DNA of 64,000 bases from Lama glama (GCA_028534125.1 CM052818.1:10294001-10358000); one strand, 5' to 3'; shown: positions 26,460-39,559, counted from the first letter of the stretch. Made by a program: numbers and translations. Notes: generated by a model from the sequence alone, not told the origin.

Positions 26460-27055
26460 GCAGAGGCAGGAATTCAGGCAATTAATCCTTTATTTAAAGA
26501 ATAATAAACAGCCAGATTTTACATACTGAAAGAGGGAACAAGGTAAAAGGGGTTAAAAACTAAAAAGCAAGGACGGCAGACACCAATTAACACAATGCTA
26601 ATTGACAATTTCCCCAAGCTTCCATGAAACATGCCAGGCCGATTTCCCCAATTGCTAATTAAATCAAACCGCACACACAATACTAATTTCCCTAACTTAG
26701 GGAACTCAGTAGACAAATAAAATGAGAAACTAACTTAAACATTTTGTCAAAGTATGGGGAGGAGGATGAATGAAATCTTAACATGAATAAACTTTGGCTT
26801 CACGTAAATTTGTTAAAGTTCTGGCGTGTTTAATGAAGTCTTGAAATATCCCAGTATCTCTGTTCTGCTCACAATTGCATAAATGCACTTTGCTAATCAC
26901 CAAATAACACACAGCAGTCCTCTTAAACTTACATTTTCTCCCTCTGGTGAAGGGTACCCAGCGCATCATGGAAGTGACATGTAAATTGCACCATTTAAAA
27001 ATTATAAAATACCTACTTAATTACAATTAAAAACAAAGGAATAACTTTTCTTTAA
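26460..27055. promoter_or_regulatory. Putative conserved non-coding enhancer block, homeodomain/POU rich
   Basis: No recognisable repeat; many TAAT/ATTA cores; palindrome TTCCCTAA-C-TTAGGGAA 26688-26704; TGCATAAATGCA 26876. Confidence 0.5.
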
Positions 27056-27491
27056 AATAGTCCCTGAGGTTCTTGGAGCAGGAGTCTGGCTTTGTGAGAA
27101 GAGAAGCCAGTCACTAAATCACGTAGTTGAGAGTAGAGGTAGCTCACCTTGGCTGGCGCTCTTGCCATCTCCCCCGCCCCAGCCCTGCTCTCATCTATCT
27201 CAGGGGCCCCGTGGCTCCCTGCTCCCGCCAGCCCTACCTGCAACCTGCTTTGGAGTGTCCCCTTTAGCCTCTGTGCTACACTCAGGGCCCACCAGAAGCA
27301 TCCCTGTTGAATTTTGCTGGCACAGAACGAGAATGGATACTTGGGGTCATCTATCTAATTCACTCATTTTCCTGTTGAGGAAACTCAGGCCAAGAGATGC
27401 AAATATGCTTGAGATCTGACAGCCGGCTTGAGGCCCCCAGTTTTTTTGTTTTTGCTTTTAAATTATGTGAGGAATGTATGATTATCTGAAT

Positions 27492-27735
27492 AATCATAGC
27501 TAATACTTGCACAGTGTTTACTATGTTCCAGCCACTGTTGTAAGTGTTCCACAAAGGTAACCCAGTTGATCCTCACAGTCATCTTAAGAGGTCAGAATCA
27601 TTATTTCCCCATTTTATAGATAAAGAAACTGAGACACTGAAGTGTTAAATAGCTTACCTGAGGTCACATCCCTAAGTGACAGAACTAGATTTGACTCCAG
27701 GAAGACCGGCTCCAGGTCCATGCTCCTAACCACTC
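27492..27735 (-). mobile_element. MIR SINE, near full length
   Basis: atagctaatact...tactatgttccagccactgtt...ccccattttatagataaagaaactgagac...aggtcaca...tcctaaccact. Confidence 0.85.
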
Positions 27736-27754
27736 CATTAACCTGTTCTACTTA

Positions 27755-28110
27755 GGCTAATTAGAAAATACAGATAGCAATAAAATAGAAAACGAGAATA
27801 AACATCACCTGTAATAATACTTCTCAAACAGATATAACCATTATTAGAATTTTGGATATATCCTAATTTGTCCTCCTTCTTACATGTTAAAAAAATAGTA
27901 TCAAACATATTTATGTGCTTTCACATGATTCACAATTGCTTATAAATATGCACATGCAGCATGATCTTCAGTGGCTGAAATGCATTCTGTTGAATAGATG
28001 AGCCACAATTTGTTTACCTCATGCCCTGTAGTTGACATTTAGGTTGTTTCTTCTTTCTCTATAGCATGCTGAAGAAACATCTTCATTTTCTTGTTGGATT
28101 TTCCTTACAG
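27755..28110 (-). mobile_element. L1ME-like 3' fragment
   Basis: tagaaaatacagatagc...catcacctgtaat...tggctgaaatgcattc...gacatttaggttgtttc. Confidence 0.6.
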
Positions 28111-29194
28111 TAACCCTTTCACTATTAAATGTATGGAAACCAGAAGATCTGAAAGGTGAAGGGGAGGGAATGTCAGTGGGTGGGGTGGAGGATACTCCTA
28201 GATATGCAGATCTAGGAAACTGGACTTCCAGCCAGCAGTGGAGGACATCCTTACTCTCTAACTGAAATATTTCATCACATGTCTATTCTTGTGTAGCCCT
28301 AGTTTCTTCCAGGTTACTAAGGCAAGGGCCAGAGTCCCCACCCCACCAAAAAAAAAGAATATAAGCTATTCTTTGAGGGGTAAGTGATTAGCTTTAGACT
28401 TCTGTGTGTGTTTAAAAATTGTTGTTATTATTTTAGGATTCTGGTTGCTCAGTGGGGTACATGAAAACTAGGCTGTTGGTGAAACTTGTTTACATAGATT
28501 CACGTGCTCCACCCACCAGCCAGTGGGGCAAGTGGGCATCTCTGCTCAGCCTGGGATGTAGGCATGAGATGGCCACCCATGGCTGCAGAGCTGGGTTCTT
28601 TGGCCTCTTTGTCCTGACTGGCATCCGTAATGCATTTGTCAAGAGGGAGGCTGCTTATCTGTCCTTGTCCCTTCCTGGGACAAAGGCAGACCTGTCATAG
28701 TCAGATCAAGGGAACTCTGGAACCATGTGGAAGGACAGCTGAAAGTCTTTCTCGTTCATTGTGATTTATCATAATCACTGACCCCTCCCCCAGGATGAAA
28801 TAGGAATGAAATAGTAATATGATAGGTTAATGCCGATAATTAAAGAGAGTTTAAGACCAGTGTGAGACTGAACTATGTGTGTGGGTGGTTGAAATGGTTG
28901 TTTGATGTGAAAGTCAATGATTGAATTATTCAGAGAGAGTGATTTCCAAATGATAATTTTACACTTTACATAACTGATTTTGATTTATTATAGTGGCACC
29001 CAGTTGAGCTGCTTTAGTTCTAAAGGGCTGTCAGCTTTTCCATCCCAAACCCCCGGTTTGGAGCCCACACACACAAAAACCTGCTCATGTCTGAAATTTG
29101 ACAGTGTTGTTATCTCTCTGGCATGGCTTTCCCCCCTCGTCCCTCATAAGAGTTTATGGCTTGTTTGGCTTTGCCGTTTATAATCCGGCAAAGG

Positions 29195-29219
29195 GTGTGT
29201 GTGTGTGTGTGTGTGTGTG
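29195..29219. repeat. (GT)n microsatellite
   Basis: Direct reading. Confidence 0.95.
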
Positions 29220-29829
29220 AGTGAATGCACACATGCCTGGGTATGTCTGTAGTGAATGGCCCAGATAACCTGATCTCTCCATCCCTCTCATTGTGGCTTT
29301 ATGAAAGCTTTGATCTTTTGTCATTTAGCAAGAGATAGGACCATGCTGGGAATAGGACCCCATGGGCAGCTGGAGTGAAAACGGTATAGCAGTGGCAAAT
29401 TGTGGTGCTGCTTCAGAACTGAAAGGAGAGAGTGAAAAGCATGGGAGCCCCACTTTCCAATCAGCCCAAGAGAAAGAATGTGAGACTTTGGGAAGGTATG
29501 AACTTACGCCAAGTCAGTCCATCTGAGAAACCAGGCCTCCAGAAGCTGCTGCTTCTCATTAAATCTTTTTTGCTGGAAATGACGCAAACCAAGGCACAGA
29601 TCTGCTGATCTTTCCTGGAGAAGCCTTATGATGCAATGTGCCATGAGACAGGCAGGCGTGTTCCTTATCCTAGCATATCTGCTTAGTTGACACCATCTCC
29701 CCTCCCCTCCACACTGTAGCCCCTCATTGCTTTGGGGATGGGGCGTTTGCTTATTTCTACGGGTGAAAGCAGCGACATGAGCATCATTCATTGACAACCC
29801 TGAGCACTGACAGATGGTGTAATGATATA

Positions 29830-29975
29830 GACCCAGTTGCATTTGCTGAGTGCTTACTTTGTGACAGATACTATGTTAAGGACATTTACTGTATTAACTC
29901 ATTTGATTCTCCCTAGACCTCCGAAGTTGTTCTGTTTTTGCCCCACATCACACATCTGGAGACTGAGGGTCACTC
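29830..29975 (-). mobile_element. MIR SINE fragment
   Basis: catttgctgagtgcttactttgtgacagatact...tattaactcatttgat...gagactgagg. Confidence 0.75.
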
Positions 29976-30994
29976 AGTGGCCCCCGAGGGCAGCTTCTGC
30001 ACTCATAGTTCTGCTTCAGCAGCCATCCTTGTAGAGGATGCACATTCCAGGCTTATGTCTTCAGCAAAGGAGGTCTTTGCTTGCCGAGCTCTTCTGGCTG
30101 GTTGGTTGCAGGTCTCTGATCTGTGGCTTCCAAATAGGCAGGAATAAAGCAGCCTCATCAGAGAATATGCTGGAACATTGTGGGGGAACTCAAGGAGTCT
30201 GGGGATGGTGAGGAAAGGCTGGGGGAGTGGAAGGCAGGAAAGGAGCTGGGACACCACTGTGGAGGAGGGCAGGAGCAGGGAGGGGGAAGGAGGCATCAGC
30301 AAAGAGGTTCTGGAAATTCAGACCCTACCCTCTCTGGTGTGGCGCTCGGGTCAGAGTCCCACAATTGCAGATCCTGAAAGGAGCTTTAAATTCCCTAACC
30401 TGCCGAACTTGTCAGCTGGACACTGTCCCTCCTCTCTGCTTTGATCTAATTTTAATAACAATGTTAAAAATGCCTCAGACTGGGGTTCAGATGCTGCTGG
30501 AGGGACCCAGTGCTTCTCTATAAATCTGCTGGATGATTTCAAGAGGGAAAGTTAAATAACTTGGTTGGTTGGTAATCAAAATATTACTTTTGTAGCAAAA
30601 TAAATCTTAATAAATTATGAAGCAGGAAAGAAAATTCAAATGAATTCTTAAGATAAAACCTGCAATTTCTAAGAACTTAGTTTTCCTTTCACTGGAATTC
30701 TGAGCTAGGACCCAAGACCCCTGGCAGGGTGGATCCTCTCTTCTCTGCTCTTTGGGGCTTTTTGGAAATGAAGTGGGAGTAGCCTTGATGCACGTGTTCC
30801 CCTGTCCTTGCCCAGCAATCCCGTAGGGCAGGTGAGGCCTGGCTCCAACCCAGCCCCCTCTCTGGATGACTCCAGGGGACTTCCATCCTCAGAACTTCTG
30901 TGGATAATATTCTAATAAACTGTGGGGTAGGATACCTTTCAAAGGAAGACAGGAACCCCAGAGGCCTTGGAGAAAGAAGAAGGGAAACACGAAA

Positions 30995-31800
30995 CCAAAA
31001 ATCACAAAGTTTTGTATATGACAAAAGATGATATAAACAGATTTACAACACAAATGACCAGCTTTTTGGGAGAAGATATTTGCATCAGATATAAAGGGTT
31101 AATATTCTTAATATACAATGAGGTTTTACAGAGCAGAAAGTAAAATATAACCTGTAGAAAAGTAGGGAAAAGTACTTTTTGTACTTTTACATTAAAAAAA
31201 CAGCTGATAAACATTTGAGAAGATAATCAGCTTCACTAGTTATTAAAGAAATGTTAATTAAACAGTATTGTATACTTTTTTTTTCACCTGAGAGATTTGT
31301 AAAAATGAAAACAATTCGATGCTGGCAAGTGTGTAGGGAAATGGGCAGACTCACATTGTATTGGTGGGAATGGGTATATTGGTAAAGCCCTTCTGGTGGG
31401 TATTTTATTTGGGCTTCTTAGAATTTAAAATGCTCTTATTCAGCACCTAAACATAAAATAATAGTGGGAGTATTAGGACATATAAGGACATATGTATAAT
31501 GACATTCTTTATAGTTGGTTTGTGAAATAGTTGGTTGCAAATTAAATGCCCAGTAACGGGAAATGGTGAGATGTACATTTTCATCCACACAATGGAATAT
31601 TAGGCAGCTGTCGCCTTATTAGGTGAGTCTTTATATTAAGCTGACATGAGAATAATCACAGTGCAGGCTGACAGCATGATCACTCACTTCTGATTTCAAA
31701 AAAGATGTATATTTATATCTAGTTATGTTGTCTAAGCACAGATAGGCAGTGAGATTAGAGATGGCTTTTCCTTTATGCGTTTTGTAGTATTTTTCAGAAT
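30995..31800 (+). mobile_element. Old L1M (L1ME-like) ORF2 end and 3' UTR
   Basis: gggagaagatatttgca, gataaacatttg...cttcactagttattaaagaaatg, tgctggcaagtgtgtagggaaatggg, acaatggaatattaggcagctg. Confidence 0.75.
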
Positions 31801-33384
31801 TTAAACAAATTCCCTCCTTTTTTATCACTTCCTTTCCGTGCATTCATTGGACCTCCAATATTCACCATTTTGTGTTCCTGGTTACCTGTCCAAATGAGTA
31901 TATTTCCCCCCTCACTATCCTCAGAGAATCCAAGTTTGCAGTGCTGTAGATGACCTTGATGTTTCATTCAGCCTCCCTATTCTGCAGTATTTTGCAAAGG
32001 AGTGTTTGAGTCTCTGAAGGACCATGTCTCACTGTTTCCTTCGGGCAGCCCTGGTTTGTCTGTTGTTCCAGGGTCCTGTCTGACTTGTTCTCCCTTTTAG
32101 TCTCAGATGTGTCCTGATCTGGACTATTAATTACATGGCTCCCTTGCTTGGAGAGGTCATATAACAGTTCAAGTTCACAGGGTTGGTGAGAGGTAGAGGC
32201 AGGGATCAAGCCCAGAGCTCCTAATTTCACTGGATTTGGTGAAAGGCAATTCCTGCCCTCAGTGAGCTTCTAGTAACCTTGGCAAGAAAAGGCTTTTCTC
32301 CACAAAGGCAGGTGGTTCTCTGGAGAAGAATACTAGATTTAACTCTTGATTTTGCCCTCACTGGCTATTCTCTGAGTCCAACTACCTTATTTGTGAAGTG
32401 TGGTTACTAGCGCTCTGTCTCAGAGGGTTGATGTGAGTATTGAGTACAGTATTGAGCATCTTAGCATGTAAATCTCATTTATGAAAAGAGCAGTCCAATA
32501 TAATGCTAAATTATGTAAAGCTCCAAGCATATGCAATTCTTGGGTATAAAAAGGAAATTTTCAGTCTGTCCTGGCACTGAAGGACACCAGGCACCTTGGA
32601 AAAACCCATTCTTATTTCATGGATGCACCTTCCAAATATTCAAGGGAAGGTTCTGTTTTAGGGATTCCAGAAGGTGGAAAAGCTTTGAGTTCCTTGTTAG
32701 AAGTTGAACTTGATGGCTAAGTGGTTTGGTTCGCTCAGGCCAGTGTTGTAGAGCCAGAGGCTCTTGCAGTTAGAAGGGAGCTTGGAGGTGATCTGGTGCC
32801 ACTCTGGGTGCAAATTGCTCTGGCAGCCTGTGGTAGCTGGAACCTGTTTTCCTGTGCTGATCCCGCTGGGAAAAAAACCACAGGAGGCGCTCTGGTCCTC
32901 TCTCTCCCCAGCTCTCCTTCTCCAGGAGCCCTGGCAGGAAGAGCTTCTGAAAGGCCCTCCTGCCACATCTCCCTTGGACACCTGCCACCTAACTGGTTCG
33001 GAGCCTGGGTCAGAGGCACTTGGTGGTCAGTTCATACCCTCTGCGTCCCCGGCAAATGCTGAGTTTATCTAGGTAGACACCTCCCTTGTTTTCTGGTGGG
33101 CACAGAAAAGGGCTTTTGAGTTTTCACTTCTGAATTAGTAAGAAGAAGGGACAAAGGACCTGGAAGAAAACAGTAACAAGAAAAACAACACTTTTTTTCC
33201 ACTTTAAAAATGGCAGTTGGCCTGTTTGGAAATTTGAGCCTAAATTCTCACTCATGCTAAGAAGGTAGATTATTCCAGGACAACAAGGATGTATTCCAAA
33301 GGGCTACACACTGAACATGAGCTAAAATCACTGGACAAAAGCTTTAGACTATTCTGCTCCTATGTGTTCCACAACAATGTTTTC

Positions 33385-33615
33385 TGGTATTTTGTGAGCA
33401 TTCACTGTGTGCCAGTCACTGTGCTCAGTGCTTTACAAGCATGATCTCATTTAGTTCTAATAAGAACCTCTGAGCTTGGTGCTATTATGATCTCCATTAT
33501 TCAAATGTGAAACTAAGGCTTAAAGAAGTTAACTTGCCCAAAGTTCCCAGCTAGAAAATTCCAGCATATGAAGCCAGATCTCTCTGATGTCGACAACCAT
33601 GCCTTATCTCTGTGT
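33385..33615 (-). mobile_element. MIR SINE
   Basis: gagcattcactgtgtgccagtcactgtgctcagtgctttac...gaaactaaggctt...acttgcccaaag. Confidence 0.8.
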
Positions 33616-33829
33616 TGTATAACCTCCCACTGTGCCCTGTTAACCCAGGCTCTGTCCTAGAGAGGAACTCTTTGGTTGGCAGGTTTTGACTGTGAATTTT
33701 CATGGCACACTTAAAATATTTTTCCCTAGTTCTGACTGATGCCTCTCTCTTGCTCCACCTCCTTCTTTTTTCTAGGGGAAGAAAGTCCCAAATACCTGCT
33801 GGTGGCCATATCTCCCAGCCTATGTGGTC

Positions 33830-33985
33830 AACATTTAATTACATTAGCATTTGTTTTCACTAAAAAAGTAATCGCATTACTGCCTTTCATGTCACATTAG
33901 TGAAAATGGATACCAATGTGATACATATTAATAGAATATGATGGGAAATTGCTGATACAATTAGACTTTCACATTTTATTAGTTC
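33830..33985. promoter_or_regulatory. Putative enhancer with two paired-homeodomain P3 palindromes
   Basis: TAAT-TAC-ATTA 33836-33846 and TAAT-CGC-ATTA 33869-33879. Confidence 0.45.
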
Positions 33986-36299
33986 TGGAGTGACAACGTA
34001 GGTGGAAGAACAGCTCACTTCAGTGGTGGTAAGGGATAGGTGAGAGGTGGTAGATGCCTCCCTGTGCTACATAGACGAGCAGGCTCCAGGGACCCATTCA
34101 GGGGGTCCTGTGCTCAGATTCTGAACCTTACTTCCTGTTCCTTTCTGTAACATGAGCACCTTTTGGTTTCAGGCTGGGAGAGGAGTTCCTCCTTCACGGC
34201 CAGGCTGTGTTGCCTGAATTGTGGTCATTAAAGTATCATGTGACATGATCCTGCCTGGGTGGCCCCAGATCAGATAGAATTAATATTTCATTATCCCTTC
34301 TGTGGCGGGTGCTGGTGGAGAAGGGGACACAGGCAGGGAAGATGTCCCCAGGGCCCTTCCCAGCACTCAAAAGCGGCTTTCTTAGGGGCCTCTGCCTTTG
34401 GCTGGGGGCCTCAGGAGTAACATTTGGTTGCTTTGGCCTCCCAGAAGTCTCCCCACCTTCCGTCCTTCTCTTCCTGCCCACCCCCTCTCTGTTCTCCTTT
34501 CACTCGAGTGATGGTAGGAAACCTCTGGACCGTGGGCGTCTGTAGGTGCTTTGTTTGAGGAACATCTGTAGTTCTGTCCTGGTTAATTACCTGCTGCTGT
34601 GTTAGATCTTAACTCCTGTAACTTTGTCTCCTTCTGTCCCCCACTTGAAACACTCTGTCCAAATCCCATTTGTCTTTTCAGGCCCATTTCAAACCCTGTT
34701 TCCTCCGTGAAGCCATCGCTGAACACCCTAAGCTGATGTTACCACTGAACTCAGCAAACAGTGTATACCTGCTTGTGTGTTCCCGTGACTTCACTGAGAA
34801 GTTACAGTGGCTGCTTCCTGGCCTTGTTCAGAAGAAAAAACTGTGACTCAAAACTCTGACAGTGAAGCAGACAAAACCTGGTAAATTTAATGTTAGACTT
34901 GAAAGGAAATTCGGGCTAGCATGGCTTCCCCGAGCATGGGGTGTGGTCAGTCTGATAAGGACCAGGACTCAGACAGGGGAAGGGCTCCTGCTTCCTTCCC
35001 TCTGCTGCTTATCTCTTGGCATTTGATTTTATCTGTCTTCCCCTGGAACAAGATCCAGAACTTGGGACCTTGGACTGAAAGCTTGTGGTGTGACAACTGG
35101 GAAGAAAAACTGTGGCAATTAAGGAAGACATCTATTGCCTTGACAAAGGATTCAGTTGGAGGGGAGGGGAAGTAGAAGGAAAGAGGAAATGGTGGGATGA
35201 GGACAACCTGGCCTTTAAGTAATAGGTAATTTTCTTTGGAGAAAGCTATACACTGTGGAAATAATAAAAAGAGAACTTAGAGCCTCAGCATAGTAAGCCA
35301 ACCTAAATCAATACGGCAACAGGGACTTCATGCACCAGCTCTTTCGTGCTCCTCTGTGGCAAGGGGCACCATGGAGGCTCCGGAGAGAATAGGGGAGAGC
35401 AGACTGGGAACTTGCCTAGGGGCAAGATCTCTGATCTGCCAATGGGAACCCTCAGTCTTCACTCTGATTCCTCACCTGAAGAACTAAGGGTGCTGCATTA
35501 GATGATGTGTAATGTGTCCTCCTTCAGAATTCTGAAACTCTACCAAAGAATGTCAGATGAGAGACTCCGAGAGTCACATCTGGTGTTGTAGCACGGGGAT
35601 ATGGTGCAGAGGGGCTGGCAGGATGGAGATTGATGGAACAGGAGGGCAGGGACACTGTCAAAGGTGGGTGGCAGAAATTTCCCTGTGGGAATACTCAGCA
35701 GGATGTGGGGGACTGTGAATATGAGGGCTTCTATAGGGAGGCTGAATTGCAAGGCTGGGGGTCAGGTGGTGGGCAGCATGGAATAGCAGACTAAAAAGTG
35801 TGCACCTCGACATTGTAGGAGCTAGCAAAAGCAAACTGGAGCTTGATTCTCTTTGATGGCTCATGAGGGACTCCAAAGAAGGCAGCCTGTTCTGTCCAGT
35901 CCATTCTCCAGGCCCTAGAGATGATCTGGTATCAAAGCTGGGGGTCCTGTGGGAAGTGAGTGAGAAGGAAGCCCACCTGGGGTGGGGAGATGTTGGATGG
36001 TTAGGTTTGCTAATCAGTTTTCAAAGTGAAGGGCAGACTGAGGGTGAATTAGGGGCCTCTTAAAATTCATATTCAGTTTGCCTCTTAGAGGGTGAAAGGC
36101 TTTCAAAGTTAAGTAGATAAAGTCCCCAGTTGGCATGGCTTAGTCAGTTCTGCCTCTCCCATCCAGATGTCTCTGTGGGCTTTCTGGCTCTTGCCTTTGT
36201 AAGAACATACAGACACACACAGACACACAGCTTGAAGGTGACTGTGGGGGTGTGCCTGGCCCAGGCTGAGTCTTGCAAGATCTCACCGAATGTGGAAGT

Positions 36300-37270
36300 A
36301 AAATTGAGGCAGTAGTCAATCATTTAATGAACCTGAAGAGTCCCGATTCAGTGTTCCAGGCCAGGGGATTCTGGCCACCTTAGGGGACAGTTCATTAATG
36401 TCGTATCATTACTGTTGCCATCACAGGGAGGATAACCCAGCATCAAAACTTGCCGTTGACCGCTGTGGTCCCCTTTTATTTGTTCTCCTTCTTCCCAGTG
36501 TATTTCCTAAATGCACAAGTGAAATTGGTATTTGTAAGTTCCACGGACTACATATTGAAACCGCTATCACCATTCAGGCCACTGTAACAAACAATACTGA
36601 TTATAGAGCAGGGATATATTTTGTAATTATAATGTTCTTCAAACTTCTCTGATTGACACGCAGCATATATAAACAGGAATGATCAAAAATTACATCCGCA
36701 GCACAGGCCTTGTCTTCCCCCTCGGCAGCACAAAAGCTCCCCTCAGTAGGTAACAGCTACCAGACTGCCTTTGAGCAGCTGTGTCGAGATGGGATTCAGT
36801 TTCCTTGGGGGTGGGGTGGGGGAAGACACCCCGGCTTTTAAATCAAAGACAATTCAGTTTAGAGAAAGATGTACCTTGTGGAAATAAATAGGAGGCGGTG
36901 CGGTGTACCATCAGCTGGCCGTCTTAAATCAATAATGCAGGCAGTCCATCTCGTGTGCCCGTTCAGCTCCCCGCTCATCCTGCACGAGGAGGAGGAGCAC
37001 CTGCCTTCCAGCCTGGGCCTCGAATAAAAGCCCTTATCGAGAGAGGGCCGGGAGTGCAAGTGGGTCTTGCTCTGCCCTTCAAGGCCTCTCTGGAGCTGGC
37101 CTGGCAGTGTGCCCGCTGGAGGCCTGAGGACGTTAATGTCCTTTACCTCCAGCTCACATCAATCTGCGTCCATTATTTTGCCAAGCAGGGACACCTGGAT
37201 GGGAGGCTCTATTTTCGTTCAGTGGCCCCTGGCTTATAAAACAAAACCAGCAAAGAGCACGTAATTCCTT
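36300..37270. promoter_or_regulatory. Putative conserved non-coding enhancer block
   Basis: No recognisable repeat; retained CpGs; TGATTGAC at 36315-36322 (minus) and 36650-36657 (plus); ATCAAAG, AACAAT and CAGCTG motifs. Confidence 0.5.
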
Positions 37271-39559
37271 TGAGTATTCTTCTGGTGTGCCTAATGGGGG
37301 CTTTTGAGAATGCTAGGTACTGTGAGAAGACTCTGGGCTTTAAAAAAAAAAAAAGAAAGAAAGGAAGGAAGGAAGGCAGCATTTTTTAATCATCTTCTTT
37401 GTTTACAAAGTGGTGACATTCAGTCTTGAATCAAAGGGAACAGTTTCCAGGTAGAAAAGTCTCGTGTTTGTTTTTGTCAGCTACCAGCTACCAGCATGTC
37501 TCTCCTCCAAACTTTGCACAAAATCAACTTACCTTGATTTCAGCAACAAAGAAAAGTACTTGGTGGTTGGAAGGGTGGAAAAGGGGGAAGCTTTTAAAAG
37601 ATTATCCTTTTGGAGTTTTGATAGATTAAGAGGGTAATCAAACTAGGCAGCATCTTAATAATAGGGCCATGTGAATTTTGGCTGGACTAATGGAAGCTCT
37701 TTTGTCAATTTCCTGTAACCTGTACTTGACAGGACTCAGGAAATGGCACGACTGGCCCACCTTTGATACCTAGAAGGGGCTTAATGAGATTTAAAGGTGC
37801 AGTACCATGACTGGAGTTTCCCACATTAGGTGTAGGTTACACACAAAGTCCTTCTGTGCACCGGTTCTTAGCTGGCTTCTTTGTCGCCTGTCTGCCAGAA
37901 TTCAGAATGTGTTTTCTCTATAGAAGTAACAGCTGAAAGCGGGCAGCTGAGTTTCCAAACCGAAATTGTTTTTATAAGAAAAATTTTTTTTTTAGTTCCA
38001 TTCAGGACTGTGTCTCTGAAATATTATCTATCATAAAAAACATGACGTGAATTTACTGTGGCAGTCAGCTGCAATTTTTAAATACACTCTGTTAGGTTAG
38101 TGAGTAACGTCTTCCGTCCCCAAAGAGACAGAGAAGAAAAGAGGGAACATCAGAGTGTTGTTTCTTGGGGGTGGATAGGGAGGGGTGTGGGCGAGGCCAT
38201 GCCAGAACGTGTGAGCTCAGATGGTGCCCAAACGTTTCTGATGGAATATTTGAGCTGGAAATATTCCACGTGAAAGATCCTGCCTCAGGGAGCTCTCTGT
38301 CAGCTGGAAAGGGGCTGGGAGTCACGAGGGGTCCGTGTGTGCCTGCTATGTGGGTTTGAGGATGCCACTGCCTGGGCAGCATGTGGGGGTTACAAAGTCA
38401 GTCTTGTTAACCTTCTATGACTGTGGCTCTTCAAGGGACTCACGTGGAAGCAAAAAGGTCTGTCTCTGATGGCAATTCTGGTGAGGCTGTGGTGGAATAG
38501 AACAGACCCTAGTTAAAATGGGTGAGAAATGCTCTTAGAATCCTATTCATTTTGCTACCTGTCTCCTGTAGGCATTAGGTCTGGTTGCCTGGAGGCAGGA
38601 AGCGCCTCTGCTGGCCAAAAGGCTAGAAGATCCTGTACCATCTGACCTACTGAGCACAGACTTTTTCCTGGGAAGCAGCCCAGACTCGAGTGCCCTCCCA
38701 GAGCGCCTTCTGAATTCCAGCCCTAAAGGGTTGGAGATGAACTTGGCTATACCATGCTCTTGCCCCATTCCATGTAAAAAGCTGGCATTGTTGGTCTTCT
38801 CTAGTGCTTTGGTTATCTGTACATCTGTAGAAGTGGCCCCTACACTCCAGTGGCGTGGCCTGCACTCTGCCTGTGTGTTGTCAATAGGCAGAGTCAGACT
38901 AAGATTGCTGCTTCCAGCTTCTGAATTGGATGTCAAATGTTCATGTTCTCCAAAGAATCAGGCTTGAGCTTCTTAGGATCCAAGGTGATAACCATGTAGA
39001 TTGGTATTTAAAGGGGCAGAGCTCCTGGGAATTTTTAAAACTGAACTTTCAAGGTATGCAGTATCCATATTTCAGTTTTGAATTGTCCACAGATGCACTT
39101 AAGGAATCAATGAGAATAAGTGGGATGGATAGGTCTTGTTAGAGTTCAGGGTTTTCTGTTTTACCTCGTCCAGCCTTATAAGAATGGATTCGGTTTCTTT
39201 ATTTCCCATCTGATGTTCGTGATTTATAAATATCAGATCCCCCTTTGCCATCATTGACATGGCATCAACCAACCTCTCTCTCTTTTGTGATATTTGAAGT
39301 TCCACTTGGGAGAAATTAAATACAAAATGACCTATTTTACAGATAGGCTGAGAAATTTGTGTGATTTTTTAAAACACACATCTGTTTAAAGTATCTACAA
39401 ATAGAAGCCATCAAAACTCTCACACGTGTCTCCTGAAAATGTGTGAAGGGCAGGTAAGGTTGGAGGTTCCATAACCAGGAGCTCCCCAGGAGGAGATGTG
39501 GCTTTGGGCCAGTAGCTGCCGGCTGCACCAGCTGTGGTGAAGACCAACATGCACGAGAG

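Noticed and set aside
38602..38616. CTCF-like GGCCAGCAGAGGCGC on the minus strand (also weak cases near 2714 and 50374)
   Set aside because: Key core positions are missing or shifted.
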